Origin: Dehalococcoidia bacterium
Lineage (GTDB): Bacteria; Chloroflexota; Dehalococcoidia; DSTF01; RBG-16-68-14
DNA: 50,266 nt
Assembly (NCBI GenBank): GCA_049642385.1
Contig: JBAROU010000056.1
Location: 1 to 50,266 of the forward strand
Direction of reading: 5' to 3'
The position numbers and the translations under genes are program-made. This document shows positions 45,181-50,266 of this stretch, piece by piece. Position 1 is the first letter of the stretch. Every line of letters begins with the position of its first letter. Below the pieces are notes generated by a model, which was not told where the DNA came from, ran no database searches, and saw only the letters and a list, made by a program, of their open reading frames with translations.

Positions 45181-45408
45181 ATGCCTGACCCGCAACAGAC
45201 CGAGGAGTATCGACAGGCGTACGACGCCTGGCACGAGCAGATCGAGGCGCTCCATCGCGTCCTCCTAGAAGGCGACCGCCTCGATCCTCCGAAGCTAAAA
45301 GGCCTGCTCAACCGCGAAGCGCGCGCCAAAGATCGCTACGACATCGCGCGCCTGGCCCTCCTTGGCCTCGATAGCGCCCAGGACGACCCGTTCGCGAGTA
45401 AGCCGTAG
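45181..45408 (+). CDS. hypothetical helical protein, 75 aa
   Basis: Only the 3' third of track ORF 44584..45408 is used. ATG at 45181 and GC3-rich codons. A hairpin GCAGGGCT-tc-AGCCCTGC (45411-45428) follows the stop. Confidence 0.4.
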   Translation: MPDPQQTEEYRQAYDAWHEQIEALHRVLLEGDRLDPPKLKGLLNREARAKDRYDIARLALLGLDSAQDDPFASKP

Positions 45409-45455
45409 TTGCAGGGCTTCAGCCCTGCGGGAACAACCGATACGCTGACACCACA

Positions 45456-46289
45456 ATGGTCACCACCACCGAACCCATACCCAATGAAGCGACGAGCCCC
45501 GCGCCGCTGAGCGTTCCCCAGCGCGTCGCCGCCTCGACGCTGCGCTACGGGAAGTCGTTCGGCATCGGCTCCGCGTTCGCCGTCGGCTGGACGCCCTGCA
45601 TCGGCCCGATCCTCGGCGCCGTCCTCACGCTCGCAGCCTCCTCCGCGACCGTCGTGCATGGCACGTTCCTGCTCGCCGCGTGGTCGCTTGGGCTGGGCGT
45701 GCCGTTCCTACTCGCCGGCCTCATGCTCGGCCAGGCGATGACTGGCATGCGCAAGATCCGGCCGCTGATGCCTGTACTCGAAGTCGCGGGCGGGCTGCTC
45801 GTGATCGTCATCGGCTCGCTGATCTTCCTCGACCGCTTCACGATCTTCAACCAGTACTTCACGGGCGGCGTCAGCACCGTCACCAACGCCGAGTCGGGCG
45901 TCGACGGCATCAGCGTGACGGGCTCCTTCGGCTTCGTCGCGGCGTTCGTTGCCGGCGTGATCGCGTTCATGTCGCCCTGCACGCTGCCGATGGTGCCGGC
46001 GTACCTGATGCACCTGGCCGGCGTCTCGTCCGACGCCGAGGCGACCCAGCAGCGCGGCGTGACGTTTCGGCACGCGCTCGCGTTCGTGGCGGGCTTCTCG
46101 ATCATCTTCGTCGCGCTGGGCGCGTCGGCGGGCGCGCTCGGCTTTGTCATCCAGGACCACCTCGAGACCATCGAGAAGGTGGCGGGCGTCGTGCTCATCG
46201 TCCTCGGCCTGAACCTGATCGGCATCCTGCGCATCCCCTGGCTCTACCGCACCTACCAGCTCGAGTTCCCCGGCACGGCCGGCGGCTAA
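45456..46289 (+). CDS. ccdA: CcdA/DsbD-core thiol:disulfide transporter with its two 3-TM halves in swapped (circularly permuted) order
   Basis: FAVGWTPCIGPILGAVL (normally the TM4 motif) is at residues ~40-58. FMSPCTLPMVPAYL (normally the TM1 motif) is at ~172-185. Six TM helices in total. Confidence 0.8.
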   Translation: MVTTTEPIPNEATSPAPLSVPQRVAASTLRYGKSFGIGSAFAVGWTPCIGPILGAVLTLAASSATVVHGTFLLAAWSLGLGVPFLLAGLMLGQAMTGMRKIRPLMPVLEVAGGLLVIVIGSLIFLDRFTIFNQYFTGGVSTVTNAESGVDGISVTGSFGFVAAFVAGVIAFMSPCTLPMVPAYLMHLAGVSSDAEATQQRGVTFRHALAFVAGFSIIFVALGASAGALGFVIQDHLETIEKVAGVVLIVLGLNLIGILRIPWLYRTYQLEFPGTAGG

Positions 46290-46351
46290 GTGAACAGCGC
46301 CGGGTTCCAGGCGATCCTCAAGTCGGAGCGGCCAACCTGATCGACCTGCTA
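46233..46351. repeat. copy 1 of an imperfect ~120-nt direct repeat (ccdA 3' end plus degraded dinB-like 5' end)
   Basis: Exact 37-mer tggctctaccgcacctaccagctcgagttccccggca at 46239-46275 and again at 46667-46703. The flanks are recognisably homologous (..gcgatc.tcaagtcggagcg..). Confidence 0.8.
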
Positions 46352-46386
46352 ATCTGAGAGGACGTCAAATCGAGGGGACTCCGAAC

Positions 46387-46650
46387 ATGGATCTTGACAA
46401 CAAGGCGCTCGTGCTCGACCTGGTTGAATGGATCGCGAGCAGACCGCGCACGTACGCAGAGGTGATGGAAGCCTGGCGGACGTCGTGCCCCCGCCTCCCG
46501 ATCTGGGAGGACACGGTCGATCTCGGACTCGTAGTCTGCCAGCGTCGCGTGAATTCCGATCTGATCGTTGAGGTTACACCCGCCGGGCGAGCCTTTCTAA
46601 CGGCGGAGCGGCCACAATATGGGGATGCCCTGTTGAACCCGGTTCCGTAA
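46387..46650 (+). CDS. hypothetical protein, 87 aa
   Basis: MDLDNKALVLDLVEWIASRPRTYAEVMEAWRTSCPRLPIWEDTVDLGLV... GAGGGG 9 nt upstream. It sits exactly between the two repeat copies. I recognise no family with confidence. Confidence 0.55.
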   Translation: MDLDNKALVLDLVEWIASRPRTYAEVMEAWRTSCPRLPIWEDTVDLGLVVCQRRVNSDLIVEVTPAGRAFLTAERPQYGDALLNPVP

Positions 46651-46660
46651 AGACCGCGAT

Positions 46661-46783
46661 GGCCCTTGGCTCTACCGCACCTACCAGCTCGAGTTCCCCG
46701 GCATGGCGAGCGGCTGAGTGGTGAAGGACGCTGAGCTCCTTGCGATCATCAAGTCGGAGCGCGCCAAGCTCAACGATCTGCTC
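46661..46783. repeat. copy 2 of the ~120-nt direct repeat (orphan ccdA 3' fragment plus intact dinB-like start)
   Basis: Encodes PWLYRTYQLEFPGMASG* out of any gene context, then GTGGTG, the start of the DinB-like gene. Confidence 0.8.
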
Positions 46784-47230
46784 GACGCCGTTGACCTTCG
46801 ACGAATGGAGGAACCCGGCGTATCGGGCTTCTATTCGATCAAGGACATCATCGCCCACCTCACGGCATACGAGCGGGCGTTGGTGAATTGGCTCAAGGAA
46901 GCCAAGGCTGGCCGCGTCTACGTCGATAGCGTGCTCGACCAGGCGGACCTCGACGCAAGAAACGCCGTCGTGCATGAGGCGAACAAGCGTCGGAGCGCTG
47001 CGGAAGTCGTCAGGATCTTCCACGAGACGTTTGATCAGCTCGAAGCGTGCGTCATCCTCCTGACCGACGACGAGCTCACCGATGCCGAGCTGACGGCCTG
47101 GTTCGTCCTGCCCCGCTGGCAACAGAAGCAAGATCTTTGGAAGTGCATCGCGAACGACTCGTACGAGCATCACCAGCAGCACATCCCGGACATAGAGCGC
47201 TGGCTAACAGAGAACGGCTCGGCGGGCTGA
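46718..47230 (+). CDS. DinB/ClbS-like four-helix-bundle family protein
   Basis: IKDIIAHLTAYE...W and a C-terminal SYEHHQQH histidine cluster. Confidence 0.7.
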   Translation: MVKDAELLAIIKSERAKLNDLLDAVDLRRMEEPGVSGFYSIKDIIAHLTAYERALVNWLKEAKAGRVYVDSVLDQADLDARNAVVHEANKRRSAAEVVRIFHETFDQLEACVILLTDDELTDAELTAWFVLPRWQQKQDLWKCIANDSYEHHQQHIPDIERWLTENGSAG

Positions 47231-47407
47231 CGAGCTCTCCGGAGGCCAAAAGGCCCCTTCAGACTCTGCCATCGTAAGCATGGCTCAAGATTCTGTGGTG
47301 CCGAGGTTCGGACAGCCTCTTAGCACTCTTGTTCCAAAGGCCGATTCCTGGTAGACTTGCTTCTCGCTGAGGAGAACCCCGTTCCAGCTTCCCTGGAGGT
47401 GTCATCC

Positions 47408-50266
<2,859 letters not shown>

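Noticed and set aside
47374-47384. GAAC-ccc-GTTC upstream of uvrA, as a possible LexA (Cheo-type) SOS box.
   Set aside because: The spacer is 3 nt, not the 4 nt of the CGAAC-N4-GTTCG consensus, and the flanks do not extend the palindrome. It is insufficient to call an SOS box without knowing this lineage's LexA motif.

Overview
GC-rich bacterial chromosomal segment with a strong GC3 bias. Many long ORFs in the track are antisense shadow ORFs and are rejected below.

Gene content from left to right:
(1) 1-8951, minus strand. A TetR-led, tightly packed operon with five tandem paralogous acyl-CoA dehydrogenases (ACADs), an embedded SAM methyltransferase, an orphan pterin-4a-carbinolamine dehydratase and a sixth, divergent ACAD.
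(2) 9184-12051. A GNAT acetyltransferase, a tRNA-like remnant, a DUF1385 protein and two overlapping degenerate GGDEF-like genes.
(3) 12185-14519. rpmE and rplU-rpmA, where L21 carries a long repeat-containing basic tail, followed by a TolB-like beta-propeller.
(4) 14706-17833. nfi, prfB with the classic +1 frameshift site, and a membrane-anchored MA-type peptidase.
(5) 17830-28189, minus strand. A nine-gene inositol-phospholipid / mannoside-type operon: HTH-fused inositol-1-phosphate synthase, two PatA-like acyltransferases, two GT-C membrane glycosyltransferases, a PHP phosphoesterase, a PimA-like GT4, a PIP-synthase-like CDP-alcohol phosphatidyltransferase and a two-domain thioredoxin-fold protein.
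(6) 28397-33734. A small zinc-ribbon gene, then nusA-ylxR-infB-rbfA-truB. rimP is absent, and an intrinsic terminator sits in the nusA leader.
(7) 33934-40826. ArsR-SRPBCC pair, phosphomannomutase, an HIBADH-like dehydrogenase, lspA-rluD, and gltX followed by tRNA-Gln and tRNA-Glu.
(8) 40848-42463. A small accessory islet next to the tRNAs, bracketed by a 55-nt direct repeat. It holds an IS630 transposase remnant and an APH-family kinase.
(9) 42394-50266. VOC protein, a CoA-binding acyl-CoA-synthetase-like protein, a hydrolase, a CcdA gene whose two 3-TM halves are in swapped order, a duplicated junction bracketing an 87-aa ORF, a DinB-like gene and uvrA, which runs off the window.

No CRISPR array, rRNA gene or recognisable defence system was seen.

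The most unusual items are the circularly permuted CcdA, the ACAD array with odd passengers, the inositol-lipid operon (HTH-Ino1 fusion and PHP phosphoesterase), the degenerate GGDEF pair and the L21 tail.

All family assignments come from reading motifs by eye. No database search was run.
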